A stretch of 64,000 bases of DNA, from NCBI GenBank assembly GCA_017449065.1, contig JAFSKF010000019.1, positions 56,952-120,951 of the forward strand. Direction: 5' to 3'. Every line of letters starts with the position of its first letter. The stretch's first letter is position 1. Positions 1 to 10,392 of this stretch are shown in pieces. The position numbers and the translations under genes are program-made. The notes below the pieces were generated by a model, which did not search any database, was not told the DNA's origin, and saw only the letters and a list, made by a program, of their open reading frames with translations. Origin of the DNA: Bacteroidales bacterium (GTDB lineage Bacteria; Bacteroidota; Bacteroidia; Bacteroidales; UBA3663).

Positions 1-78
1 ATATTTTATTTTTAGTAAAAAATAGGTCTATCGCGCTGTTTTTGTTACTCAAAATAGCCTCTTTTGAATAAAAAGGTG

Positions 79-86
79 TACCTTTG
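79..86 (+). promoter_or_regulatory. candidate Bacteroidetes -7 promoter box TACCTTTG
   Basis: Matches the TAnnTTTG -7 consensus of Bacteroidetes primary-sigma promoters. It lies about 100 nt upstream of the ATG at 185. Confidence 0.35.
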
Positions 87-184
87 TGGCATTAAAACTA
101 AGAAAACAGAGGGACGGTGTATGGACAAGGATTTTTTTTCTGTGTTATCCGTGTTTCTGTGTGACATTAAATCTATTTTTTTTT

Positions 185-1132
185 ATGGAATATCACGAAA
201 TTGGCAAAACAGGAATGAAAGTTTCCGCTCTTTCTTTCGGTGCATCGTCGTTGGGAGGCGTGTTTCATGAGGTGAAGGAATCGTTGGCGATCGATGCCGT
301 CTTTGCTGCTGTGGAAGGAGGCATGAATTTTATCGATGTGTCGCCTTATTACGGTCATTACAAGGCAGAAACGGTGTTGGGTAAGGCACTCAAGCAGATT
401 CCGAGAGACAAGTACTATCTCAGCACGAAGGTCGGACGCTATGGAAAGGATGGTGTCAATACTTGGGATTATTCTGCCAAACGCGCTACTGAAAGTGTCT
501 ATGAAAGTATGGATCGCCTGCATGTCGATTATATCGATCTGATCAATGTGCACGATGTCGAGTTCCAGAAAGATCTGCCCGGCGGTTTGCAGAAAGTGGC
601 AGAAGAGACATTACCTGCTTTGATGGAACTGAAGCGGAAAGGTTTGGTGCGTCATATAGGCATCACCGATTTGCAACCCGAGAACATCCAGTGGGTTATT
701 GAGCATGTGGAACCAGGTACCGTGGAGGCTGCGCTCTGTTTCTGCCACTATTCGCTGAACGACGAACTGCTCAACGATTATTTCGATTTCTTTGAGACTC
801 ATCGGGTGGGAATCATCAATGCTTCACCGCTTTCCATGGGTTTGCTTTCCACTCGGGGAGTGCCAGAGTGGCATCCTGCCCCAAAATCTTTGGTTGAAGC
901 CTGCCGAAAGGCGGTAAATTATTGCAACGGTAAGGGTTATCCGATCGAAAAGTTAGCCATTCAGTACGCCATCAGCAATCCGCGTATCGCCACCACTTTG
1001 TTCAGTTCTGCCAATCCTGACAATGTCAGGAAGAATATCGCTTATGCAGAAGCCCTCATCGATTGGGAGCTTGTGAAAGAAGTGCAGCAGATTATCGGTA
1101 ACCAGATGCGTGTGCGATGGAAAAATTCCTAA
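185..1132 (+). CDS. aldo/keto reductase family oxidoreductase
   Basis: ORF 86..1132. The internal ATG at 185 gives MEYHEIGKTGMKVSALSFG, a typical AKR N-terminus. The upstream part of the ORF overlaps the promoter box. Family-level call only. Confidence 0.85.
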   Translation: MEYHEIGKTGMKVSALSFGASSLGGVFHEVKESLAIDAVFAAVEGGMNFIDVSPYYGHYKAETVLGKALKQIPRDKYYLSTKVGRYGKDGVNTWDYSAKRATESVYESMDRLHVDYIDLINVHDVEFQKDLPGGLQKVAEETLPALMELKRKGLVRHIGITDLQPENIQWVIEHVEPGTVEAALCFCHYSLNDELLNDYFDFFETHRVGIINASPLSMGLLSTRGVPEWHPAPKSLVEACRKAVNYCNGKGYPIEKLAIQYAISNPRIATTLFSSANPDNVRKNIAYAEALIDWELVKEVQQIIGNQMRVRWKNS

Positions 1133-1234
1133 GGGAGGGATAATCCTACTAATCAGAGTTGTCGGAATCATAGGAAAAATTGTAGAAAAAAAAGAAAAAA
1201 CTAAGAAAATTTTGGTTATTTGTCGGAAATGTTG

Positions 1235-1242
1235 TAACTTTG
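1235..1242 (+). promoter_or_regulatory. candidate -7 promoter box TAACTTTG for ileS
   Basis: Matches TAnnTTTG, 57 nt upstream of the ileS ATG. Confidence 0.5.
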
Positions 1243-1298
1243 CGCGCATTAAATCACATTGACCGTGTTTTTAGGTCGCTCAAAGAGGTAAAAAGAAA

Positions 1299-4200
1299 AT
1301 GAAATTTGCAGAATATAACCAGTTCAATCTTTCGGACATCAATAAGGAGGTCCTGAAGAAGTGGGATGAGAATCAGGTATTCGATAAGTCGATGACAACG
1401 AGAGAGGGTCATCCGTCGTTTGTGTTTTATGAGGGTCCTCCGTCAGCCAATGGTATGCCGGGCATTCACCATGTGATGGCACGTTCGATTAAGGATATTT
1501 TCTGCCGTTTCAAAACTATGCAGGGATTCCAGGTGAAGCGCAAGGCCGGCTGGGATACCCATGGCTTGCCGGTGGAACTTGGCGTCGAGAAGATGCTGGG
1601 TATTACCAAAGAAGACATCGGTAAGAAAATTTCTGTAGATGATTACAATGCAGCCTGCCGCAAGGAGGTGATGAAATATACTAAAGAATGGACAGACCTG
1701 ACTCACAAGATGGGTTATTGGGTGGATCTGGAGAATCCTTACATTACTTACGACAACCGATATATCGAAACCCTCTGGTGGTTGCTGAAACAGCTTTACA
1801 ATAAGGGACTGCTTTATAAGGGTTATACCATTCAGCCTTATTCACCGGCTGCAGGTACGGGCCTTTCGAGTCATGAACTGAACCAGCCGGGTTGCTACCG
1901 CGATGTAAAGGATACGACAGTGACAGGCATCTTCAAGATGCTGGATCCGAAACCGGAAATGACCGAATGGGGTCAGCCGGTATTTGTGGCATGGACCACC
2001 ACCCCTTGGACTTTACCTTCGAATACGGCACTTTGCGTCGGTCCTAACATCGACTATGTGGCTGTCCAGACTTTTAATCCTTATAACGGCGACAAACTGA
2101 CCATCGTGATGGCTGAGGCCCGATTGAAGGCTTATTTGGCCGGCGAGGAATTGCAGACGTTGTCTGATATGGAGGCGCTCGATATCAATCAGGTGGATGG
2201 CAAGAAACTGCCTTACCGTATCGTGGGCCACTACAAGGGAACCGATCTGGTGGGTATGAAGTATGAACAGCTGATGAAGTGGGTAAAACCTTGTGAAAAG
2301 GTGGACGACCTGTCAGCTCCATATATAAATAAGTACGCGCAAGAGCACCCAGAGAAGGTGTTCGCATACGGACAGGATAAGTTTGTGGAAATTGCCGATC
2401 AGGCTTTCCGCGTCATTCCTGGCGATTACGTCACGACCGAAGACGGTACCGGTATCGTGCATATTGCACCGACGTTCGGTGCCGACGATGCTAAGGTGGC
2501 TAAGGCTGCTGAAGTGCCGGGGCTCTATATGATCAACCAATTGGGTGAAACTCGCCCAATGGTAGATATGACGGGTAAATACTACAAGCGTGAGGAACTG
2601 GCTCCTGCTTTTTTGGAGAAGTGCGTGGATCTGGATGCCTATAGTGTGCACGAGGGTAACTTTGTGAAGAATGCTTACGCACCGGAGTTCAATCAGAATG
2701 GCAAGTATGATGCTGAAGCTGCGTCGAAAGCCGATGACTTGAACGTAATTATGAGCTTGGAGATGAAGAAGGCTCATGAGGCGTTCAAGATCGAGAAGCA
2801 TGTGCACAACTATCCGCACTGTTGGCGTACTGACAAGCCTGTGCTATACTATCCTTTGGATAGCTGGTTCATCCGTTCAACGGCATGCCGCGAGCGCATG
2901 ATCGAACTCAACAAGACCATCAACTGGAAACCGAAATCGACGGGAACAGGACGTTTCGGTATGTGGTTGGAGAATCTGAACGACTGGAATCTTTCTCGTA
3001 GCCGTTACTGGGGCACTCCGCTTCCTATCTGGCGCAATCGCGACACACGCGAAGAAATCTGCATCGGTAGTGTGGAGGAACTCTACAATGAGATCGAAAA
3101 GTCTGTAGCTGCCGGTTTCATGACCAGTAATCCTTATAAGGATAAGGGATTTGTGCCTGGCAAGATGGAGAAGGAGAACTACGAGAAGATCGACCTTCAC
3201 CGTCCTTATGTGGATGACATCATTCTGGTTTCGCCAACGGGCAAACCAATGAAGCGAGAACTCGATTTGATTGACGTATGGTTTGATTCGGGTGCTATGC
3301 CCTATGCGCAGATTCACTATCCGTTCGAAAACAAGGATGCTTTCGATCAGCGGACCATTTATCCGGCTGACTTCATTGCTGAGGGCGTTGACCAGACGCG
3401 TGGCTGGTTCTTCACCTTGCATGCCTTGGGTACTATGATTTTCGACAGCGTGGCCTATAAGGCGGTTGTTTCGAACGGTCTGGTACTTGATAAGAACGGT
3501 CAGAAGATGTCGAAACGGTTGGGTAATGCCGTTGATCCGTTTGGCGCTATTGAGAAGTATGGTTCCGATCCGCTGCGCTGGTACATGGTAACGAATTCGT
3601 CGCCTTGGGATAACCTGAAGTTTGACCCGGAGGGTGTGGCTGAGGTTTCTCGCAAGTTCTTCGGTACATTGTTCAATACTTACAAGTTGTTTGCCTTGTA
3701 TGCCAATATTGATGGCTTTACAGGACAGGAAGCAGAGGTTGCGGTGGAGAAACGTCCGGAAATCGACCGTTGGATTCTCTCTTCTTTGAGCACCTTGGTG
3801 CAGGAGGTTGAGAAGAACTACGAAAACTACGAGCCGACTATTGCAGGCCGACTGATTGAGACCTTTGTATGCGACAATCTCTCGAATTGGTACGTGCGCC
3901 TGAACCGCAAGCGTTTCTGGGCTGGCACGCTGAACGAGGACAAACTGGCCGCTTATCAGACTTTATATACCTGCTTGGAGACTGTCGCCAAACTGATGGC
4001 TCCGATTGCTCCTTTCTATGCAGATAAACTCTTTACCGATCTGAATGCCGTTAGCGGACGTGATAAGAACGTAAGTGTGCACTTGTCAAACTTCCCGAAG
4101 GTGGGAGCTACCGATGCTGCCCTGGAACGCAAAATGCAGTTGGCACAGACCGTCACTTCGTTGGTGCTCTCCATCCGTAAGACCTCGAAGATCAACGTTC

Positions 4201-4862
4201 GTCAACCATTGCAGACTATCTTATTCCCGGCAGTTGATGCCGAGCAGGAAGCCGATATTCAGGCAGTGAAGGAACTTGTGCTGAGTGAGGTGAACGTGAA
4301 GGAGCTGAAGATTGCCGGCGGCGACCAGCATGTATTGGTGAAGCGAGTGAAACCGAACTTCCGCGAATTGGGCAAGCGCTACGGCAAACTGATGAAGAGC
4401 CTGGCAGCTGCTTTGAATAATCTGGAGCAATCAAGCATTGCCCAGTTGGAGCAGACTGGCGTCTTGGCTCTTGAGGTAGAAGGCACTCCTGTGGAGGTAA
4501 CCGCTACTGATGTGGAAATTATTTCTGAAGATATGCCGGGCTGGAACGTAGCCAGTGAGGGGCGTGTTACTGTGGCATTGGATATTACCATCACCGAGGC
4601 CTTGAAGCGAGAAGGTATCGCCCGAGAGTTGATTAAGCGTATTCAGAACTATCGTAAGACCGCAGGCTTCGAGGTTACCGATCGTATTCAGATAGCGATT
4701 GAAAGCAATGGACAGACCGACGATGTTGTGCGTGAGTACGGCGATTATATTGGCGGACAAGTGCTGGCTACCCGTATTGAAGTGGTGCCGGCTGGCAGCC
4801 TTGCCAATGCAACTGAACTCGATATGGATGACTATATCGTGAAGGCTTCGATCTGGAAATAA
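1299..4862 (+). CDS. ileS: isoleucine--tRNA ligase
   Basis: 1187 aa. It has a class I HIGH-type motif (PGIHHVMAR), a KMSKS motif (KMSKRLGN), and the length and editing-domain layout of IleRS. Confidence 0.97.
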   Translation: MKFAEYNQFNLSDINKEVLKKWDENQVFDKSMTTREGHPSFVFYEGPPSANGMPGIHHVMARSIKDIFCRFKTMQGFQVKRKAGWDTHGLPVELGVEKMLGITKEDIGKKISVDDYNAACRKEVMKYTKEWTDLTHKMGYWVDLENPYITYDNRYIETLWWLLKQLYNKGLLYKGYTIQPYSPAAGTGLSSHELNQPGCYRDVKDTTVTGIFKMLDPKPEMTEWGQPVFVAWTTTPWTLPSNTALCVGPNIDYVAVQTFNPYNGDKLTIVMAEARLKAYLAGEELQTLSDMEALDINQVDGKKLPYRIVGHYKGTDLVGMKYEQLMKWVKPCEKVDDLSAPYINKYAQEHPEKVFAYGQDKFVEIADQAFRVIPGDYVTTEDGTGIVHIAPTFGADDAKVAKAAEVPGLYMINQLGETRPMVDMTGKYYKREELAPAFLEKCVDLDAYSVHEGNFVKNAYAPEFNQNGKYDAEAASKADDLNVIMSLEMKKAHEAFKIEKHVHNYPHCWRTDKPVLYYPLDSWFIRSTACRERMIELNKTINWKPKSTGTGRFGMWLENLNDWNLSRSRYWGTPLPIWRNRDTREEICIGSVEELYNEIEKSVAAGFMTSNPYKDKGFVPGKMEKENYEKIDLHRPYVDDIILVSPTGKPMKRELDLIDVWFDSGAMPYAQIHYPFENKDAFDQRTIYPADFIAEGVDQTRGWFFTLHALGTMIFDSVAYKAVVSNGLVLDKNGQKMSKRLGNAVDPFGAIEKYGSDPLRWYMVTNSSPWDNLKFDPEGVAEVSRKFFGTLFNTYKLFALYANIDGFTGQEAEVAVEKRPEIDRWILSSLSTLVQEVEKNYENYEPTIAGRLIETFVCDNLSNWYVRLNRKRFWAGTLNEDKLAAYQTLYTCLETVAKLMAPIAPFYADKLFTDLNAVSGRDKNVSVHLSNFPKVGATDAALERKMQLAQTVTSLVLSIRKTSKINVRQPLQTILFPAVDAEQEADIQAVKELVLSEVNVKELKIAGGDQHVLVKRVKPNFRELGKRYGKLMKSLAAALNNLEQSSIAQLEQTGVLALEVEGTPVEVTATDVEIISEDMPGWNVASEGRVTVALDITITEALKREGIARELIKRIQNYRKTAGFEVTDRIQIAIESNGQTDDVVREYGDYIGGQVLATRIEVVPAGSLANATELDMDDYIVKASIWK

Positions 4863-4905
4863 GCAGATAAACTATATTTATTCACAATTTAATACTTTAA
4901 GTACC

Positions 4906-5283
4906 ATGGCAGACGATAAAGAAAGATACTCTGACGAGGAGTTGGCCGAGTTCAAAGTTCTCATCGAAGAGAAGTTGGCAAAAGCGCAGAGGGAATATGC
5001 AACTTTGCGTTCTACGATGCGTAACTCCGCCGATAATAGTGACAGGGATACTGCACCTATCTTCAAACTTGAAGAAGGAAACGACACTCTTACTCGTGAA
5101 GAGTTGGGTTTGCAGGCATCCCGTTTGGAGAAGTTTATCAAGGGCTTACAAGGCGCCTTAGTACGCATAGAGAATAAGACCTACGGAGTGGATCGTATCA
5201 CCGGAAAACTGATTCCAAAAGAGCGTCTTCGTGCCGTTCCTCATGCTACTTTGAGCGTTGAGTCGAAAGAGAAACGTCGTTAA
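4906..5283 (+). CDS. DksA/TraR-family regulator-like protein (no Cys4 zinc finger)
   Basis: 125 aa with a coiled-coil N-terminal half and the C-terminal motif LVRIENKTYGVDRITGKLIPKERLRAVPHATL, typical of DksA/TraR. The four zinc-finger cysteines are absent. It sits in the conserved position between ileS and lspA. Confidence 0.75.
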   Translation: MADDKERYSDEELAEFKVLIEEKLAKAQREYATLRSTMRNSADNSDRDTAPIFKLEEGNDTLTREELGLQASRLEKFIKGLQGALVRIENKTYGVDRITGKLIPKERLRAVPHATLSVESKEKRR

Positions 5284-5286
5284 CAC

Positions 5287-5991
5287 TTGATGAGTAAGGC
5301 TAAGAAACAGGCTTGGGTGGCCATCCTCATTATGATGGCACTTATTCTGATTGATCAGTGGATCAAAATATATATCAAGACGCACTTTGTGCTCCATGAG
5401 AGCTACAAGGTGACGTCTTGGTTCTATTTGTCGTTTGTCGAAAATAAAGGCATGGCGTATGGCATGCAGCTGGGTAGCAAGGCATTGTTGACGGGCTTCC
5501 GTATTGCAGCGGTCTTCCTTTTCGGGTGGTACCTGTTCAAGCAGATTGTGCAAAATCAGAGTCCTTGGCTATTCGTGGTGCTAATGTCGATGCTGATCAG
5601 CGGTGCCTTGGGCAATATCATCGATTGTGTCTTTTATGGACAATGGTTCACGTCGAGTGTAGGTAGGGTGGCGCAGTGGGCCGACCCTTCTGTGGGACTC
5701 ATGCCGAACACATCTTGGTTCTTGGGTCCCGTGGTCGATATGTTCTATTTCCCACTCATCCGATTCGACTGGCCGGAGTGGGTGCCTGCAACCGGTGAAA
5801 CGGTGCATTTTATTACCGACTTTGACTGGCCGGACTGGTTGCCTTGTAGCGATGAGCCTTTCCTTTTTTTTAAGCCAGTGTTTAATTTTGCCGATGCCTG
5901 CATTACGGTAAGCACGGTCTCTCTGCTGCTTTATTTCTGTATTAACACTTATCGGACTACAAAAAGCAAAAAACAGCATGCGGATCTTTAA
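5287..5991 (+). CDS. lspA: lipoprotein signal peptidase (signal peptidase II)
   Basis: Multi-TM protein with the LspA boxes GNIIDCVFYG, VVDMFYFP and FNFADACITV. It lies immediately downstream of ileS, as in many bacteria. Confidence 0.9.
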   Translation: MMSKAKKQAWVAILIMMALILIDQWIKIYIKTHFVLHESYKVTSWFYLSFVENKGMAYGMQLGSKALLTGFRIAAVFLFGWYLFKQIVQNQSPWLFVVLMSMLISGALGNIIDCVFYGQWFTSSVGRVAQWADPSVGLMPNTSWFLGPVVDMFYFPLIRFDWPEWVPATGETVHFITDFDWPDWLPCSDEPFLFFKPVFNFADACITVSTVSLLLYFCINTYRTTKSKKQHADL

Positions 5992-6757
5992 GGTTTGTTT
6001 GTTTTCGGTTGCCATTCTTTTGCTGGCAGCGTGCAATTCCCGACCGGATTATGTAGTCGATGAAGACACGATGGCGGGGCTGCTTACTGACATACATATG
6101 GCAGAAGGGCTGATCGAGTTGCAGCAGAAGCAGGCCAAAGAAGATCCGGAATATGGGCAGGAAGTTATGGCGGCGGTACTTTCGAAATACAACCTGACGA
6201 AAGAACAGTATGACACGTCACTGGTGTGGTATTCTCAGAATCTGACGAGCCTGATTCGTGTCTATAAGAAAGTCGATAAGAATCTGGAGAAGAATGTCGG
6301 GTATTGGTCGGAAATGGCAGATGCTTCAGATCTGTTCAAGGGATTTGAGGAAGGTGACAGTGTGAACCTTTGGCGATTACCGCCTCATCTGATGCTCGAC
6401 AACAGGCGTTTGACACATTACAGGTACTGGCCGATTCCTGCCGATAGCACGTTCAGAGTGGGAGATACGATCAAGTGGACGCTGAGGGTGCCGTTCCGTC
6501 ATGAAGGACAAGGCGTGGTGGCATCTTTGTCGTTGATCCGTAATGCAGAGAAAAACAAGCCTTCGGAATGGGTGGACGGCGCATCGACCCCTTTGCTGAA
6601 ACAGGACACTACCGTTACGCTTGTTTGCGTGGGTGATTCTGCTTTATTCGACCAGATTATGGCGACTCTGCATCTGTTGAAAGTTTCGGGAAGTGACAGT
6701 TCGCTGATTCCGACGCCAGTGGATGAGATTCGGATGGTAAGAATTCATAAAAAGTGA
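5978..6757 (+). CDS. lipoprotein, DUF4296-like
   Basis: Lipobox LLLAAC, followed by DEDTMAGLLTDIHMAEGL, which resembles the DUF4296 N-terminal signature. Function unknown. Confidence 0.65.
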   Translation: MRIFKVCLFSVAILLLAACNSRPDYVVDEDTMAGLLTDIHMAEGLIELQQKQAKEDPEYGQEVMAAVLSKYNLTKEQYDTSLVWYSQNLTSLIRVYKKVDKNLEKNVGYWSEMADASDLFKGFEEGDSVNLWRLPPHLMLDNRRLTHYRYWPIPADSTFRVGDTIKWTLRVPFRHEGQGVVASLSLIRNAEKNKPSEWVDGASTPLLKQDTTVTLVCVGDSALFDQIMATLHLLKVSGSDSSLIPTPVDEIRMVRIHKK

Positions 6758-6758
6758 T

Positions 6759-7661
6759 ATGAACTATAGGAAATGGATGATTTGTGCATTGTTCGCGGTT
6801 TTAACAACTATCGGCAATGCACAAATGCGTAGAATGCCACAGGCTTTCGAGCATTGGCTTGAAACGCCCGGAATGCGCCATGCTACAGTGGCACTCGAAA
6901 TTGTTGACTTGGATACCGACGAACTGTGTTATGCCTATGATGAGCAGCGTCTGGTGCAGCCGGCATCGCTGATGAAACTGGTTACTACAGGCGCCGCGGT
7001 GCGTTTGCTGGGAGGTGATTATGTGATTGAAGACACAATTGACTGCGCGGCTGATACGACACTGGTGCCCATGCGCGAACTGCTGGGGTATAATGGCGAT
7101 TGGATGATCGAAGACGTTGGCAGTTCGTACGTAGAACCTCTTACGTGCGTCCCGGATGCCGGTATGACGCTTCGGGAATACATAAAAAAAACCAACGAGA
7201 ACAGCTTGAACTCTAATGCTGAGGCACTCGTGTATTTCCTGACTCAGGAACACACATTACAGGCGGGCTTGGAATCTATTCGTAACTATTGGCAGCAATG
7301 CGGGCTGGATACCGATGGGCTGGTGATGTACGACGGGTGCGGATTGGCTCCCAATGACAGGTTGACCGCCCATTTCCTGTCGCAGCTGTTGCGTGAGATG
7401 AAGGACGATGAGGACTTTCGTTCTTCTCTGGCTGTCGCAGGTATGTCGGGAACCGTTTCCTATTTTCTGAAATCATCATATTTGTCGGGCAGAGCTTTCC
7501 TGAAAACAGGTACAACTAAAAGCGTGACTGCCTACGCCGGATATGTGCGTGGAAGCAATGATCACACTTATAGTGTGGTGTTTATTGTTAATAATTCTTC
7601 TTCGAAATTAACACTTCAGCGGAAAGAGATTGAAAAAATGTTTATTTTGCTCATTCTGTAA
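6759..7661 (+). CDS. serine-type D-Ala-D-Ala carboxypeptidase/endopeptidase (PBP4/S13-like)
   Basis: Signal peptide, SxxK motif (PASLMKLVTTGAA) and KTG motif (FLKTGTTKSV). At 300 aa it is shorter than canonical PBP4. Confidence 0.7.
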   Translation: MNYRKWMICALFAVLTTIGNAQMRRMPQAFEHWLETPGMRHATVALEIVDLDTDELCYAYDEQRLVQPASLMKLVTTGAAVRLLGGDYVIEDTIDCAADTTLVPMRELLGYNGDWMIEDVGSSYVEPLTCVPDAGMTLREYIKKTNENSLNSNAEALVYFLTQEHTLQAGLESIRNYWQQCGLDTDGLVMYDGCGLAPNDRLTAHFLSQLLREMKDDEDFRSSLAVAGMSGTVSYFLKSSYLSGRAFLKTGTTKSVTAYAGYVRGSNDHTYSVVFIVNNSSSKLTLQRKEIEKMFILLIL

Positions 7662-7693
7662 TTCCGTTTTGTCGAAGTTTGGAAAAAAATAAT

Positions 7694-7701
7694 TATCTTT
7701 G
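7694..7701 (+). promoter_or_regulatory. candidate -7 promoter box TATCTTTG for rsmI
   Basis: Matches TAnnTTTG, 23 nt upstream of the ATG at 7724. It lies inside the longer ORF 7679..8443, which supports the downstream start. Confidence 0.5.
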
Positions 7702-7723
7702 CGCACGTTTATCGAAGGCGATT

Positions 7724-8443
7724 ATGAAACTGTATGTTGTTCCGACTCCAGTCGGCAATCTGGAAGATATGACTTTTCGGGCCATCAGGGTGTTGAAGGA
7801 AGTGGATCTGATTTTGGCGGAAGACACACGGACAAGCAGTGTGTTGATGCACCATTATGACATCCATACTCCTATGCAAAGTCACCACAAGTGGAATGAA
7901 CACCAGACCTGCGAGGCAATGGCAGAGAAGATTGCTGGAGGGACAACGGTCGCTTTGGTGAGCGATGCTGGTACGCCTTGCATCAGCGATCCGGGTTTTA
8001 TGCTGGTGCGCGAATGCGTGCGTCGCGGCATTGAGGTGGAGTGTCTTCCGGGTGCAACAGCTTTTGTTCCTGCCTTGGTACAGAGTGGTCTGCCGAACGA
8101 GAAGTTCTGCTTCGAAGGTTTCCTGCCCCAGAAAAAGGGACGTGAGACGCGCTTGAAGGAATTGGCAGAGGATTCTCGTACTACCATCTTCTATGAGTCT
8201 CCATACCGTTTGGTGAAAACTTTGGAACAGATGTCAAAGTTCTTCGGAGGAGATCGTCCGGCGGCTGTTGCCCGCGAGGTGTCGAAGAAGTTTTCGGAGA
8301 CCCAGTATGGAACTCTTGACGAACTGATTGCACATTTTTCGGAAACCGAGCCAAAGGGTGAAATCGTTCTGCTGGTAGGCGGCAAACCGGAGGTTCCAAA
8401 GCCGGAAAAGCAGAACAAGTACAAAAACAACGAGAGCAAATAA
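7724..8443 (+). CDS. rsmI: 16S rRNA (cytidine1402-2'-O)-methyltransferase
   Basis: N-terminus MKLYVVPTPVGNLEDMTFRAIRVLKEVDLILAEDTR is the RsmI/tetrapyrrole-methylase-fold signature. Confidence 0.9.
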   Translation: MKLYVVPTPVGNLEDMTFRAIRVLKEVDLILAEDTRTSSVLMHHYDIHTPMQSHHKWNEHQTCEAMAEKIAGGTTVALVSDAGTPCISDPGFMLVRECVRRGIEVECLPGATAFVPALVQSGLPNEKFCFEGFLPQKKGRETRLKELAEDSRTTIFYESPYRLVKTLEQMSKFFGGDRPAAVAREVSKKFSETQYGTLDELIAHFSETEPKGEIVLLVGGKPEVPKPEKQNKYKNNESK

Positions 8444-8446
8444 ACT

Positions 8447-9364
8447 ATGCCTGTCAAAATTCCCAGTAATCTGCCCGCTATTGAGGCGCTCAAAAGAGAA
8501 AATATCTTCGTAATGGACACGGATCGTGCCAATGCGCAGGAGATTCGTCCGTTGCATATCGGTATTCTGAATCTGATGCCTCTGAAAGAGCGGACGGAAA
8601 CCGATCTGATCCGACTGTTGTCGAACAGTCCCTTGCAGCTTGATATCACCTTCATTAAGATTCCTGATCATGAGACCAAGAATACTTCTTCTTTGCACAT
8701 GGAGCAGTTCTATACCTCGTTTGAGGAGTTGCAGGATCAGAAGTTTGATGGTGTGATTATTACTGGGGCACCCTTGGAGCATCTGGAATTTGAGGACGTG
8801 GACTATTGGCCTTGGATTGAGAAGATTCTCGATTGGACCAAAACGCATGTGCAGTCAACTATGTATATCTGCTGGGCGGCTCAGGCGGCTCTTTATCATT
8901 TCTACAACGTGCCGAAATACCCGTTACCGCAGAAGATGTTCGGAGTCTTCAAGCACCACAGTCTTGTGCCGAGTGCGCCCATTTTCCGCGGGTTCGACGA
9001 TGTTTTCTATATGCCTCAGAGCAGACATAGTGAAGTGAAGGCAGAAGATATTCTGAAACATTCCGAACTGAAGATCATGGCAGAGAGTTGGGAGAGTGGC
9101 GTTTATATGGTGATGGCTCGCGAGGGACGTGAAATATTCCTGACCGGACATTCGGAATACGCTCCAGATACGCTCGATGTAGAGTTTAAGCGCGACTTGG
9201 CAAAGGGGTTGCCTATCCAGCCACCTGCTAACTATTACGAAGATAACGACCCTTCGAAAGATATCATTGTCCGCTGGAGATCGACCGCCAATCTTTTGTT
9301 CCTGAACTGGCTGAACTACTACGTTTACCAACCGACACCTTACAATATCAACGAAATTCATTAA
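8447..9364 (+). CDS. metA: homoserine O-acyltransferase (MetA family)
   Basis: 305 aa. It has MPVKIPSNLPAIEALKRENIFVM, the ILNLMP motif and the catalytic-Cys context YICWAAQ of MetA. Confidence 0.9.
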   Translation: MPVKIPSNLPAIEALKRENIFVMDTDRANAQEIRPLHIGILNLMPLKERTETDLIRLLSNSPLQLDITFIKIPDHETKNTSSLHMEQFYTSFEELQDQKFDGVIITGAPLEHLEFEDVDYWPWIEKILDWTKTHVQSTMYICWAAQAALYHFYNVPKYPLPQKMFGVFKHHSLVPSAPIFRGFDDVFYMPQSRHSEVKAEDILKHSELKIMAESWESGVYMVMAREGREIFLTGHSEYAPDTLDVEFKRDLAKGLPIQPPANYYEDNDPSKDIIVRWRSTANLLFLNWLNYYVYQPTPYNINEIH

Positions 9365-9391
9365 ACGACAAATATTTTAACAACTATAGCA

Positions 9392-10384
9392 ATGGAAAAA
9401 GTAAATATTCGAGAACTCAATGATCTCATCGAAAGCAAGAGCGCATTCGTGAATACCCTGACAATGGGTATGGATCAGGTGATTGTGGGTCAGAAGCATC
9501 TGGTCGAGACGCTTCTGATCGGTTTGCTCGCTGATGGTCACATTCTGTTGGAAGGTGTGCCGGGTTTGGCAAAGACGCTTGCCATCAAGACGCTTGCACT
9601 GTTGATCGATGCCAAGTACAGCCGTATTCAGTTTACGCCCGATTTGTTGCCTGCCGATGTGATCGGTACTATGGTTTACAGTCAGAAGAACGAACAGTTT
9701 ACGGTAAAGAAAGGTCCTGTTTTCGCTAATTTCGTGCTGGCGGACGAAATCAACCGTGCTCCTGCCAAGGTGCAATCGGCACTTCTCGAAGCCATGCAGG
9801 AACGTCAGGTTACCATCGGCAGCGAGACTTTCCAGTTAGACAAGCCGTTTCTGGTAATGGCAACCCAGAACCCGATCGAGCAAGAAGGTACCTATCCGCT
9901 GCCTGAAGCCCAATGTGACCGTTTTATGCTCAAAGTGAAGATCGACTATCCGAAGCAGGAAGAGGAAAAGCAGATTGTTGCCAACCATTTGGCAGGCTTC
10001 AAGACCGACATCAAGCCTTTGATGAAAGTGAATGAAGTGCTGGATGCCCGCGAAGTAGTCAAGCAAGTTTATATCGACGAGAAGATTCAGAAGTATATCG
10101 TCGATATCGTATTTGCCACCCGCTATCCGGAAATGTACAATCTGGAGCATCTGAATGGCATGATCAGTTGCGGCGCTTCTCCTCGTGCATCTATCAACAT
10201 GGCTTTGGCAGCACGTGCATACGCTTTCCTGAAGCATCGTGGATATGTGATTCCAGAGGACGTTCGCGCCATTTGTCCGGATGTGCTCCGTCACCGTATC
10301 GGTCTGAGCTATGAAGCTGAAGCAAACAATCTGACTTCTGAAGAGGTGATTGCCGATATTCTGAACAAGGTCGAGGTACCGTAA
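9392..10384 (+). CDS. MoxR-family AAA+ ATPase
   Basis: Walker A-like LLEGVPGLAKT and Walker B LADEINRA, with MoxR length. It is the first gene of the Bat-type operon. Confidence 0.92.
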   Translation: MEKVNIRELNDLIESKSAFVNTLTMGMDQVIVGQKHLVETLLIGLLADGHILLEGVPGLAKTLAIKTLALLIDAKYSRIQFTPDLLPADVIGTMVYSQKNEQFTVKKGPVFANFVLADEINRAPAKVQSALLEAMQERQVTIGSETFQLDKPFLVMATQNPIEQEGTYPLPEAQCDRFMLKVKIDYPKQEEEKQIVANHLAGFKTDIKPLMKVNEVLDAREVVKQVYIDEKIQKYIVDIVFATRYPEMYNLEHLNGMISCGASPRASINMALAARAYAFLKHRGYVIPEDVRAICPDVLRHRIGLSYEAEANNLTSEEVIADILNKVEVP

Positions 10385-10392
10385 TTTGACCA

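Noticed and set aside
86-184. N-terminal extensions of several track ORFs (86-184, 7679-7723, 16926-17033, 19163-19336, 43739-43771, 49880-49987, 52412-52453)
   Set aside because: Each extension either contains or lies upstream of a TAnnTTTG promoter box, or precedes an internal Met that gives a canonical signal peptide or family N-terminus. I preferred the downstream starts.
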